From contig NZ_JBGGWD010000005.1 of assembly GCF_041321105.1 (NCBI RefSeq), forward strand, positions 8,544-72,543: 64,000 nucleotides of DNA. Direction: 5' to 3'. Numbering within the stretch: position 1 is the first letter of the stretch; each line of letters starts with the position of its first letter. Both the position numbers and the translations under genes were made by a program. This document shows, one piece after another, positions 10,301-18,974 of the stretch. A model generated the notes under the pieces. That model did not search any database and was not told where the DNA came from. It saw only the letters and a list, made by a program, of their open reading frames with translations. Source of the stretch: Fibrella musci. GTDB taxonomy: Bacteria > Bacteroidota > Bacteroidia > Cytophagales > Spirosomataceae.

Positions 10301-12866
10301 AATGACCTTTCATGAACGCTTCCCGGTCATGGGCGGCAAACACCTCAATCTCTTTGACTTTATCCGCTTCTGCTGTGGCCGTCGCGATGCGGGTCGTACT
10401 ACCCGTATCCTGCAACCGACTGAGGTTTTCTTCGTGGCGTTTTTTCTCGGCCAGCAGTTCAGCGCTCGAGCCTTTAGCGGCTTCCATGGCGTTCTGGTGG
10501 CGCGTCATCTCCGCATCCAGCATCGACTTGGTTTCCCCCTGACGCATCAGGTCGCGCCGTTGGGTGGATTCAAGGTTTTGCTTTTCCACCTCGCTGATGT
10601 TTTTCACCACGGTGCGCAGCGCCACAGTGGCCCCGCTGCCCATACCATGCCACAGGTCGTCCCACTGAGCGCGCATCCCGCCATTGAATTGCTTGGTGTA
10701 CTGGCTCGACTCATCCAGCGCTTTCAGTAGTTTGGCCGGATCCCCGTTGATCTGAATCAGCAACTCTTTGGGCAGTCGCTGCGCCGCCAGTTGCATGATT
10801 TCCTGTTCGGTTTTGTGCAACTCCCGTAGCCGGTCCCCATTGACTTCGACCCGGTAGGTTTCCCGCGCCAGCGCGATGCGATCCTGATACGATCGGTTCA
10901 CCTGCTTGAGCATCCTGTCAAGATCACCGTTGGACGTCTTCTCCGAGTTGATGCCGGCGAAGTATTCAGGGTATTTATTCACCAGATACTGAATCGCCAT
11001 GGCCCGCTCGACGGTGCCTTGCTTGGCTTGTTTGGCCAGCTCGACACTCTGGGTAATCAACCCGAGTTCCGTGCGGAGTTTGGTCTCCTGTTCGCCCACC
11101 GCATCGGTTACCTCGGTGGTGACCGCATCCCAGGCGGACATCGCTACCGTAATCGCCGTAACGGCCGTCAGTAAGGCCCCGATTGGATTGGCGACCACAA
11201 CGGCCCACAAAGAACGCCCCGCCACCGCCGAACGCACCTGAGCGGCGGTAAAGCCTTCGGTCGTACCGGCCATCGAAATCAGCGTCAGGTTGTAGGTGCC
11301 ACCAATGGCCACCGATGCCGCCCGGGTTACGTTGGCCGCCACCTCGGCAATCCTGGCCCGGTTAACGATAACCTCATACCCTGTCCAGGCGACAACGGCG
11401 GTACGTACCCACTTGGCCGTTCGGTCAATGGCCGAGTCGGATCCGGCCAGCACGTCGATCAAGTCACTCGTCCCGCCAATGACCTTTTGTAAACCATGCT
11501 GAACATAATCCCCCAGCCTCGCTTTGGCGAAAAAGAACTTGTCAGCCAGGTTAGACACCTGCCCGGCCATCGTTTCGGCCTGCATCTCCATCATGCGGTA
11601 GTAGCGGCCCCCTTCCGATGTGGCGTCTTGCAGGGCCTTCTTGACGTGGGCAAAACTGATCTCATGGGCTTCAGCCATCTTCACGACCTGATCGCGGGTT
11701 TTACCCATCGAAACGGCGAGCAAATCGTAAAGGGGTACGTTATTTTCGACCATTTGGTTAGTCTCAGCCTTGAAAAGGCGACCCTTGCTCATGATGTCGG
11801 TGTAGGCTTTGGCGACCAATGGCAGCTTTTCAGTACCCGCTACAGCGGCGATATCGCCCAGCATCTTGACCGTCGGAATCAACTCGGCCGTCGCTACCCC
11901 CATGGCTTTGAGGCGTCCGGTCACCGTCATTAGATCCTCCACCTGAAACGGGGTCGAAACGGCCAGCTTGGTCAACTCGATCATCAGTTGATCCGCCTGT
12001 TGTTTACTGCCCAACATCTGGGTCAGCCCCCCGGCGAAAATATCGACCTTCCCTTTGGCCTCGATTACCCCTTTCCCAAAGTCAAGGATCTCCTGCACCC
12101 CGAAAGCGGCCATAATCAGCGTACGGAGTTCACCATACACCTCCCGGTAGGCGCTGGGCTGACTGCGGATCAATTGGTTTTGCTGACCGATCTCCTGTCG
12201 TAACAGCGCGGTTTGGCGTAGCTGCTCCTGTCGAACGATGGCCGTCTGCTGATCCGCTTCCGCCTTGCGACCGATGGTCTGCTGTTGCAGTTCGGCGAGC
12301 AGCGCGGCCGTCTGCTGGTTGAGGTTATGCTTCTGGTCGGCCAGCTCCTGCGCCCGTAGCGCCTCGGCCTGCCGGGCCTGCTCCTTCAGGGCGGCATCAT
12401 ACTCAGCAGCCTGCCGGTTTAGCGCAGCCTTCAACTCGGTCAGTTCGGCGGCGTGATGAGCCTTCAAATCGGCTTCCTGTTTACGAAGCTCGGCCTCGCG
12501 TTCGGCCGTTAGCTCCTTGGCGAGTTCAGCCGCTAGCACCAGCCGTTCTTTTTCCGCGGTTTTGTAAGCAGTTGTCAAGCGATCTTCTGATTCTTTGAGT
12601 TGAATCAGTTGTCGATCCAGGGCGGCCTGCTTCTCGATGGTTTCCTGCCTGGCAACTTCTTTGGTGACGGCCAGTTGTTCGGCCGCCGCCGCCTTAGCCA
12701 GCGTGATCCCCTGCTGATAGGTTTGCTGGAGGGCACTGGCAGCTTTCTGGGCCACGGGTCCCTGCTCAGCTACCAATTGTTTAATGGCCTGAAGCTGCTC
12801 AATGGCTGAGGGTAATTCGGAGGCAACTGCGAATCGAAAGCGAATCGTCTGGTCGCGGTTTGACAT
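7305..12866 (-). CDS. Tape-measure-like giant coiled-coil protein (1853 aa)
   Basis: Residues ~230-560 resemble the phage tail tape-measure core, with long charged coiled-coil stretches. The ~300-aa C-terminal region is Gly/Asp/Tyr-rich and unassigned. Confidence 0.6.
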   Translation of the reverse strand: MSNRDQTIRFRFAVASELPSAIEQLQAIKQLVAEQGPVAQKAASALQQTYQQGITLAKAAAAEQLAVTKEVARQETIEKQAALDRQLIQLKESEDRLTTAYKTAEKERLVLAAELAKELTAEREAELRKQEADLKAHHAAELTELKAALNRQAAEYDAALKEQARQAEALRAQELADQKHNLNQQTAALLAELQQQTIGRKAEADQQTAIVRQEQLRQTALLRQEIGQQNQLIRSQPSAYREVYGELRTLIMAAFGVQEILDFGKGVIEAKGKVDIFAGGLTQMLGSKQQADQLMIELTKLAVSTPFQVEDLMTVTGRLKAMGVATAELIPTVKMLGDIAAVAGTEKLPLVAKAYTDIMSKGRLFKAETNQMVENNVPLYDLLAVSMGKTRDQVVKMAEAHEISFAHVKKALQDATSEGGRYYRMMEMQAETMAGQVSNLADKFFFAKARLGDYVQHGLQKVIGGTSDLIDVLAGSDSAIDRTAKWVRTAVVAWTGYEVIVNRARIAEVAANVTRAASVAIGGTYNLTLISMAGTTEGFTAAQVRSAVAGRSLWAVVVANPIGALLTAVTAITVAMSAWDAVTTEVTDAVGEQETKLRTELGLITQSVELAKQAKQGTVERAMAIQYLVNKYPEYFAGINSEKTSNGDLDRMLKQVNRSYQDRIALARETYRVEVNGDRLRELHKTEQEIMQLAAQRLPKELLIQINGDPAKLLKALDESSQYTKQFNGGMRAQWDDLWHGMGSGATVALRTVVKNISEVEKQNLESTQRRDLMRQGETKSMLDAEMTRHQNAMEAAKGSSAELLAEKKRHEENLSRLQDTGSTTRIATATAEADKVKEIEVFAAHDREAFMKGHFARSYEQQLAAMAAQERAEMDAANKRIVSKKAAFGVEKQFEEAVKAQLIAIHEKYEQKRAQLRADQLDVLMDVVEQEQGIEKEAAEAIAALQVWTTKDRKQQEQARLKAEKEANAERKKDIRELQQEIEQAERETAQIKKKNMADEIEGRKQVFGLVVDLVAQQSGLMGSIAGLAKKTFADWDALSGKSLEVAKANLQGATSVYEGAMTKLFEVYKTGDAQQIKAQEGVVAAAKKNVADNQATVSQVATASTQATLGLISMGYQLVTQLVEMFNAAERAKWQATAEAAGRTRDILDEFYKASRQQNRDYLDEQLALTERTYDEQIELVRNFYRQEKEVAAYQRRTDDYLAFIQKIAEIRASDMDDEAKVMQTLDEVRRFNQTKGLRERIEQLELEKAELKEVHELRLKQIEEAYEAEKDRTEKAIDLAKEAFEQQKELLEGERDKQKEAIEAQLAVLKDAYDQKRDLAQEEYDRALQQINDRYEAEKQAVRDAYEYRKSLVEQSKADELEATGIIDRLRDEALERYRTTETDKLIAQRDRILATLTDEAEKARVVNEYEKRIQQVHKDVEDAKLDKSKANTLVSKQLKEEEKDLTEKLKEEETQKVLELEKRQKEETEALKTQLKTTLDTYRTDYETKETELKSRIKTLETETKTKIEALQAELTATILKYQNQLKDNEVNTAYQRRLANTEYANATYEAERNLFNARKNMAITELQIEVAKLKARGGNGGLINELNAYIGELGGKSFDRNSTYTANGAVRGSGFDSGGNWVEMNTVLDSLRTGDGSYRGEIYVKRPDGSVRKVYLLYNANRPEAIDGYATDTGGRTVNGFFNYADAYDLETGQKYAKGTDYVDDPRYPDGIDTVPVWLTKGERVFSIEESAAIRRLYGDVTNRELVQRLLLPAPSMPQLTMPILRPWTDIYLPPMQVPSALSSGVAPETVSMQQELNQQLLERLDQMSQQLRQLKQVNINIDRNGFAESEAGPNGITRYYQNLSRRS

Positions 12867-13016
12867 AAATGAGGTCGTGAGATGGTGAGACCGAATTTAA
12901 CCTATTTGTTAATAACAATATTAACTTTCTAACTAATAATAATATTAACAAATACCTATTAATATATATGTCGACAATAAGGTTGAATAGGCGAAACGCA
13001 TTTGCAGTTATAGTCA

Positions 13017-14270
13017 ATGAAAAAAAATATATTAGCAATCAAATTTTACATTTGTACAACTACAAGAGGTTATAACATGCTAGAGAGTATCTGTATCAAA
13101 AGTGGACCAAATGATAATAGAATTGACTTTGGATTTTTATGTGAGTCAATTCTATTCTACGGAAAAGTAAGAGTAATTGTAGACTATAGGCGATTAAGAT
13201 ACTTATTCGACAGAATGAGTATCAGAGGGCTTGAGAGACTTATAAAACAAGGCAGAATCGAGGTTTTTATCGCAGAAAAGCATTTAGGTGCAATGACTTT
13301 TGGCGAAAACAAAAGCGATAAAAGATATGCGTTTGAAAGTATTCAAGGTGTAAATGATAATTACATAACAGAGTTGTATAAGGCTTTTGAACTTACCACA
13401 AAAGATATCAGAAAAAGTATCAAATTGACTAATGAATTCTGCGAAATTGTTAATCCTTTTAACTACTCGTCCTCATTGATTGAGTCTCTCAATGAAGATC
13501 TTGATAACAGAGAATATATAATTAACACTATGCATAGCTACATCAGTAGCAATTATCCGGAAGTAAGTATATCACCTTTTGACATCAATATAAATTTTAC
13601 TGTACACCCAGGTGAAGATGTCAAAAAAATGGCGGGATTTTCTAAAGAAAGTATTAGTGTTGAATCTAATTTACCAATAGACAAATTCCTCGAGTTAGAT
13701 CGCCGTCGAGGGTATGCAGGAACAGATTTTTACAGCGGTTATTTTCTGTCCCTATTAGAAACTGCCGGAGATATAGATACTGCAGCCCAATATTCGAGTG
13801 AAATAGCAACTAGAGAAATTTATTCAAATATGATTCGGTTCAAAGTTGAATCTTTATATATGAAGAATAAAAAAAGCACACAAGAGCTAGATGCTTTTAA
13901 TGAATATGTGATTAAAAATTGTCATTCTGTAGCTCAAGCCATTAATAGCTATAAGTTAAGTTTCTCAAAATTCATGAAAATTTTAGATACATCGGACAGA
14001 TTTAAAGGATGGTTAACTGAAAGTAATGATGATATTGGGTTAGTGGCAGAATATTACAAAGCCCTTAGTACAGACAACAGTATGTTTAGCAGCTTTCCAT
14101 TAAAACATATGAAGTTCATTTTTTTTGCGGCTGCAGGATTCTTTTTGACACCGATTCAAGGTATTGCATTAGGTGGGCTAGATTCCTTCTTCGTTGATAA
14201 GATAAAAAACGGCTGGAAACCCAATCAATTTGTTGACAATCAATTAAAGCCTAGTTTGCCGAAGAAATAA
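13017..14270 (+). CDS. Novel AT-rich cargo protein (417 aa) with a C-terminal hydrophobic segment
   Basis: Codon usage is very AT-rich compared with the flanks. No known motif. The tail FIFFAAAGFFLTPIQGIALGGLDSFFV is TM-like. An alternative start lies at M20. Confidence 0.5.
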   Translation: MKKNILAIKFYICTTTRGYNMLESICIKSGPNDNRIDFGFLCESILFYGKVRVIVDYRRLRYLFDRMSIRGLERLIKQGRIEVFIAEKHLGAMTFGENKSDKRYAFESIQGVNDNYITELYKAFELTTKDIRKSIKLTNEFCEIVNPFNYSSSLIESLNEDLDNREYIINTMHSYISSNYPEVSISPFDININFTVHPGEDVKKMAGFSKESISVESNLPIDKFLELDRRRGYAGTDFYSGYFLSLLETAGDIDTAAQYSSEIATREIYSNMIRFKVESLYMKNKKSTQELDAFNEYVIKNCHSVAQAINSYKLSFSKFMKILDTSDRFKGWLTESNDDIGLVAEYYKALSTDNSMFSSFPLKHMKFIFFAAAGFFLTPIQGIALGGLDSFFVDKIKNGWKPNQFVDNQLKPSLPKK

Positions 14271-14457
14271 AACAGTCTATGCCCAATTACCTTTACTTAT
14301 TTATTGATCCGTGAATAATTCTGTAAAGTAATCTACTGGTGGGCATAGGCAAATCATTCACAAACACATGAATAGCCAAGATTGACTTTACGAACTTATT
14401 CACGAGTCAACACCATTTTTTTATTTCCACTTTATTTATATCAATTGACATAATACT

Positions 14458-15537
14458 CTATATACCATTGAGAGAATTATTTATTTTCTCTTCTTGTTGG
14501 CCATCCCAAATATCATGTGATGAGCTATTTTCATCTCGTGAAATTGATAATAGGTTTTCCAAGTCTTTTGCACGAGTATATTGTTTATATTTGTCGTTTG
14601 GGGAAAAACGCAAGCTATAAAAATTAAATCGTAAAGCATATTTACTAAATTTTGTTATTGAGGCTTTGCCACCAAATGCTAGCATTAATTTTATTGTTTT
14701 ATCTGACAATTCGATTAAATCTGAGTTATTCACAAAAAGGCGAAATTGCTTCTTAAGCGGAAAGCCATTAGTGATTATACTACCTTGTTTCTGAAAATTA
14801 ACGCCTTTGTTATCATTTGTAAAATTGAGGCCAGTATCTTTTGCAATATTCTCAAATTCACCCAACGATGTAGTCAAGTTAATGTATATATCGCTGTCAT
14901 TTTCTCTGATACTACTGTTGAATATAGATGCTTCTAAAAGAATCTCTATCAATAGACTTTCATGCTGATCATGCATCTGGTATTGGACTACGCGTAAATA
15001 GCCTAATAATTCGGGTCGTCTAGTTTGTCTGAATAATGCCTCTACCACATAATGTGGTGCACCGATGCTCTGCCCATCCAGCCGTATTGGATATTCCTTT
15101 TTAAACTGATGAGGTTTGCTCTTACTTTCTTGTACCTCAATTAAATATACAAAATATCCATCGGTGAAATTAACAGCCGCTACTCTTATACCAACAGGCA
15201 TGTATGATATAGCTCCATGAATAAGATTGACTAATGCATCTTTTGTTTTAAGTGTAGTTGGAATAGGTGTGAGTTCACCCTTTACGACTCTGTATTTATC
15301 ATGTACTGCTACTTCAGATGGGGCACCAAATATCAATAATCCCCCTTCTGAGTTCAAGAAGGCAGTGATCGTGCGTAGAACACCATCAAAGTTAAAACCG
15401 CCATTTTTATCGGCAACAAAGCTCTTAAATTCCAAAGTGAGCGACTCTTCACGTGCCTGTGAGAAGTAATCAATCAGATCCTGACTGGTAATTTCTTCAT
15501 TCAATGATTTGCCAATATGGATTTCTGCAAATGACAT
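14458..15537 (-). CDS. AlbA_2 (Schlafen-like putative DNA-binding) domain protein with an unknown ~230-aa C-terminal domain
   Basis: N-terminal LTLEFKSF...GGLLIFG pattern typical of AlbA_2. AT-rich coding sequence. Confidence 0.55.
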   Translation of the reverse strand: MSFAEIHIGKSLNEEITSQDLIDYFSQAREESLTLEFKSFVADKNGGFNFDGVLRTITAFLNSEGGLLIFGAPSEVAVHDKYRVVKGELTPIPTTLKTKDALVNLIHGAISYMPVGIRVAAVNFTDGYFVYLIEVQESKSKPHQFKKEYPIRLDGQSIGAPHYVVEALFRQTRRPELLGYLRVVQYQMHDQHESLLIEILLEASIFNSSIRENDSDIYINLTTSLGEFENIAKDTGLNFTNDNKGVNFQKQGSIITNGFPLKKQFRLFVNNSDLIELSDKTIKLMLAFGGKASITKFSKYALRFNFYSLRFSPNDKYKQYTRAKDLENLLSISRDENSSSHDIWDGQQEEKINNSLNGI

Positions 15538-15569
15538 GGTTATATAATTTAATGTTTTTTGATAATTTG

Positions 15570-16937
15570 TTAGAGCAACGAGTCAAACGCAGCATCGACG
15601 GCACCTGACCCAAATGAATCTAGATAAATATTTGTCGTTGTCTCGTCTTTATGGCCCAGCGCCTGACCAATTACGGCGCTGGCATGACCAGCTCGCTTTA
15701 GATTAGTGGCAAATGAGTGCCTGGCTACATAAGTAGTCAATGGTGTTGCTAGGCCAATCGAGTCACTGATTGTCTTTAGATCCGTGTTTACTTGTCCCAG
15801 CACCTTGTGCAGCCGGTTCTTTACCTTATCGGCTGTTGAGTGGCTGGCTTTGTTCAGAATCGGAAAAATAAACGCATCCGGTCCGGTGTACGTCTCCCTT
15901 CGATATCGTTCAATTATGGACACAGCAGGAGCTATCAGCTTCAGCGAGAAATTACCGCCTGTCTTTTGCCGAACGTAGCTGATCCGGTAATTATCCTCTC
16001 CGGCTCGTTGTACGTCTTGCCAACGCAGTTGCGCCAGATCGACAAAGTTGATGCCGGCCACGAAGTAAGAGAACAAAAATACGTCCTTGGCCAGTTGCAT
16101 TCGCTCAGATTCCCGGCTTAGGCTGGCGTACTTGCCCGTTGGTCTAGCCGGCACTTCGTATTCTTCGACTTTGCGGATATCCTCCCGACTGACGGCCCGT
16201 TTCCTAGTCGAGGTATCGAATTTGCCGACACTAAATTTGCTTCGCTCCGCTACATTGCGGGCAAAGGGGTATTTGTCAGGCTTCATGGCCCCGTCAGCAA
16301 TGGCCCGGTTGAGCACCGTGCGCAAAACTCGAAACCGCTGGGACATGGTGTTCTCTGTATTACTTCGCTGCCGCAGGTAGGCCTCGAACTGGTTGCAAAA
16401 GGAAAGGTTCACCTGTTCAAAAGAGACGTCTGTGACTTGCTTTTGCTCGGTCAGAAACGAAGCCAGTTGTTTTTGTACATCGAGGTAGGTATCTGCCGTT
16501 CCATTGCGATGGGTAGCTCTGAGTGATTCGACCGTCTCTGTAAAGAAAGCTAGCAGTGTAGTGCGACGCGCCTGCTGCCTGCCTTCAATGGCTTTACTAA
16601 TAACCGCTGTTACATCGTGTCGCTCATCCGACTCAGTCAGCATAGCCGCTGCCTGGCTATATTTGTTTTCCCATTCGGCCAGTTTCTCGATCAGTTGAGT
16701 CCTGAATGGGGATGGATAGTTTTTTCGTATAGCCTCCCGATAGTTTGAGTGCTGGGCGTTCCAGTATTTGGGGTGCATAGTCAACCCAGTAGCAACATAT
16801 TTGGTCTTCCGGTCCTTCGTCACACGAAGCCAGAAAGGACACAGTCCTTCCTTATCCGCTTTATCCAGTCGGTACACGATCCGCACGGTGGCGCGGCCCT
16901 CTTTATGGCTGGTGGTACGTGGCATTTGATTTACCAA
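15570..16937 (-). CDS. int: Tyrosine site-specific integrase
   Basis: C-terminal catalytic region ARHSFATNLKRAGHASAVIGQALGHKDETTTNIYLD carries the R..H..R..Y signature. Confidence 0.85.
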   Translation of the reverse strand: MVNQMPRTTSHKEGRATVRIVYRLDKADKEGLCPFWLRVTKDRKTKYVATGLTMHPKYWNAQHSNYREAIRKNYPSPFRTQLIEKLAEWENKYSQAAAMLTESDERHDVTAVISKAIEGRQQARRTTLLAFFTETVESLRATHRNGTADTYLDVQKQLASFLTEQKQVTDVSFEQVNLSFCNQFEAYLRQRSNTENTMSQRFRVLRTVLNRAIADGAMKPDKYPFARNVAERSKFSVGKFDTSTRKRAVSREDIRKVEEYEVPARPTGKYASLSRESERMQLAKDVFLFSYFVAGINFVDLAQLRWQDVQRAGEDNYRISYVRQKTGGNFSLKLIAPAVSIIERYRRETYTGPDAFIFPILNKASHSTADKVKNRLHKVLGQVNTDLKTISDSIGLATPLTTYVARHSFATNLKRAGHASAVIGQALGHKDETTTNIYLDSFGSGAVDAAFDSLL

Positions 16938-17083
16938 AGCGGCTCAGGTAAAACGCTAGGTAAAACAAATATAGTAAAACAACGAGATACAGCCAGCTAC
17001 AACCAGAGCAACCGAAGTGTTTAAACTACTGCAAATCAACAATCTATATAAAATTCTGGATATAATAGAAAGTATATAGGCCC

Positions 17084-17124
17084 ATCCTTCTAAGAAGGCG
17101 GTCATAAGTTCGAATCCTATCGGG
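17084..17124 (+). repeat. Partial tRNA-Arg 3' segment (anticodon stem-loop, T-arm, acceptor 3' strand): att-like copy
   Basis: CCTTCTAAGAAGGCGGTCATAAGTTCGAATCCTATCGGGATC. Inverted copy of 17183-17228 with 2 mismatches. Confidence 0.55.
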
Positions 17125-17132
17125 ATCGCATA

Positions 17133-17178
17133 AAAAACAAAAAAGCCAGTCACCTGATTGGTTAACTGGCTGATTTTT
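17133..17178. terminator. Hairpin GCCAGT..ACTGGC flanked by A- and T-runs, at the centre of the tRNA-fragment palindrome
   Basis: AAAAAAGCCAGT-loop-ACTGGCTGATTTTT. Confidence 0.45.
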
Positions 17179-17182
17179 AGTG

Positions 17183-17262
17183 TGATCCCGATAGGATTCG
17201 AACCTATGACCGCCTTCTTAGAAGGAAGGTGCTCCCCTATTAAGCATTCATCCAAGCTGGGC
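17183..17262 (-). tRNA. tRNA-Arg(TCT)-like gene, possibly truncated or a pseudogene
   Basis: D-arm GCTT/GAGC. Anticodon stem CCTTC/GAAGG with loop CTTCTAA giving anticodon TCT. T-arm ATAGG-TTCGAAT-CCTAT. Acceptor 3' strand CGGGATC-A. I could not find a complementary 5' acceptor strand. Confidence 0.4.
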
Positions 17263-17522
17263 GAACTGCATCACCCTCGCAACCAGACAGATAAAATCGA
17301 TACGGCTGTGTTCTGCCGGGGAACGTACCTGAGTCGCTCATCAAGCGAGGAATACGCAAAGAATTGGGCTGGGTACGTCGACTCTGGCTTCAGCGTTAAC
17401 CAGTTGAGCCCTTAAGTCCCGCACCGCCGTTGGCATCGGGGCGGTGACTACGACTTTGTTCTCAGCCCGCTCGTCTTCTCCAGACGCGGAATCAGCTGAG
17501 TTTCGCATTCCGGTTTTCAGAC

Positions 17523-17556
17523 GAAAAGAGCCGCCCTGAGGGTGGCTCTTTTCGTT
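17523..17556. terminator. Intrinsic terminator-like hairpin GAAAAGAGCCGCCC/GGGTGGCTCTTTTC
   Basis: 14-bp stem that includes A/T tracts. No annotated gene reads into it. Confidence 0.4.
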
Positions 17557-17753
17557 AGGGGCAGGCGGCGCCCAATCGTTTCAACTGAGTTCTCGTTTGT
17601 GCCAGTTCAGACAGTACCCATGCCAATTGAACCTTCCTGTTCTTCGGCAGGGCTGAGGGGCCTCTCAACTTTGTGGCCGCCGGGTAAAACACGGTTCATA
17701 CAAACCGGCTCGTAACCCTGTCTGTCTTCCTCTTTTTAAACCGCATCAATGTC

Positions 17754-18974
17754 ATGTTTCGTTGTCCGAGTGTCCCCTCCTGTCTATTTCTCTTATTGAC
17801 GCTGCTCGCCTCTGCATTGGGTGGTTGCAAAAACGCCGCCACCGAGCCCGTCGACCCAACACAGCCCCCCGGCGGCGAGCCACCCCTCGAAAAACCCTTC
17901 ACGGCCATTCCCGACGAATTTGTGGGTACGTGGTACGCCTATCACAATCAAGGCCCACTAACCGACAACTGGACCAACGGTACTTTCCAGGGCGAACAGG
18001 GTTTTCGCGAGTTCCGTACTATGGTCTTCACCGGCGACGGCCGTAACGCCGTAGAGTACACCTCTCAGGTCTACAACTACGGCGATGAGACGTTGCAGAT
18101 CATCTACAAGGTCACAGGTACGTTGGTGTACAAAGCCAGTCCCGCTTCGATCACGTTCCACGCCCAGACGGGGATCCGGCGGACGTTTAGTAACAAGTAT
18201 TCGGGCTACAAAGACGCCTCGATAATTGCCAAGGACCTAAAGGACTACCAGATTGTCTGGGAGAATCCGCAGGCCACCAACATGTCGTCGATGACCAACT
18301 ACCTGACGACCACAATTATCGACCAGTCCGGACGGTATGCGAGTAAATACCAGAAACTAGGCGCAGGCAACCAGACGCCGACCACGGGCCTACCCTCGAC
18401 TACGCCCATCACCACCGGTACGTCGGTAAAAATCGGAAACCTGTATTACCCCACCGTTACGATTGGCAATCAGGAGTGGCTGGCCACTAACTATGCCGGT
18501 CCGGGTAGCCTGACTGAGCGCAACAAACCGCAGTACGGCACCTTCCTGGAATACGCCGATCTGGCAAAAATTCAACTGCCCGCGGGTTGGCGAATTCCCA
18601 GTCGGCAAGACTACACCCAGTTGCTCGAATCCCAGGGGTTGACCGTGTATGACTGGGGCACCAACGGCGAAGATGTTCCCTCGAAACGCATGTTGGGCCA
18701 GCTCATGGCCACCGACGCCTGGACCAAGAAAGACGGGTACGCCAACAACAAATCGGGTTTCAACGCCATGCCCGCCGACGTGCGCCGGCCCAAGGGTGTC
18801 AACCACGGCGAAGGCACGAACTGCACCCTGTGGATATCCGATCGAAATAGTTCAGATAACCCTATGTCGTTCAACATTATTCAGCTGCCCGGCGACACCT
18901 ACGCCACATTTGGCGAGCAGGTTCTGGGTTATGCCCCCGTGCTTATCCCACTTCGCCTCGTCCGGAATAAATAG
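17754..18974 (+). CDS. Lipoprotein with a C-terminal domain I take to be the Fibrobacter major paralogous domain
   Basis: Signal with LGGC lipobox. C-terminal GWRIPSRQDY...GFNAMPA pattern. Confidence 0.6.
   Translation: MFRCPSVPSCLFLLLTLLASALGGCKNAATEPVDPTQPPGGEPPLEKPFTAIPDEFVGTWYAYHNQGPLTDNWTNGTFQGEQGFREFRTMVFTGDGRNAVEYTSQVYNYGDETLQIIYKVTGTLVYKASPASITFHAQTGIRRTFSNKYSGYKDASIIAKDLKDYQIVWENPQATNMSSMTNYLTTTIIDQSGRYASKYQKLGAGNQTPTTGLPSTTPITTGTSVKIGNLYYPTVTIGNQEWLATNYAGPGSLTERNKPQYGTFLEYADLAKIQLPAGWRIPSRQDYTQLLESQGLTVYDWGTNGEDVPSKRMLGQLMATDAWTKKDGYANNKSGFNAMPADVRRPKGVNHGEGTNCTLWISDRNSSDNPMSFNIIQLPGDTYATFGEQVLGYAPVLIPLRLVRNK

Larger units (their letters stand above)
1..17230. mobile_element. Right-hand portion of an integrated element (prophage- or satellite-like) that continues beyond the left edge. 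Ends at tRNA-Arg-like att fragments beside a tyrosine integrase.
   Basis: Integrase lies adjacent to tRNA-like 3' fragments. Contents are a primase-helicase, iteron-like repeats, a tape-measure-like giant ORF and AT-rich cargo. The GGTACGT motif that saturates the rest of the window is nearly absent here. Confidence 0.6.

Noticed and set aside
7571-12456. Numerous 60-200 aa ORFs on both strands inside the 1853-aa gene (for example 8247-8792, 9276-9713, 10119-10730, 11496-11933)
   Set aside because: They are nested within a long, motif-bearing ORF in GC-rich DNA. Their low-complexity Arg/Ser/Ala-rich translations are typical of out-of-frame readings.
7305-12866. CRISPR array or other DNA tandem repeats inside the giant gene, considered because of its repetitive appearance
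   Set aside because: The repetition is at the protein level (charged coiled-coil heptads). No regularly spaced identical direct repeats with unique spacers are visible.
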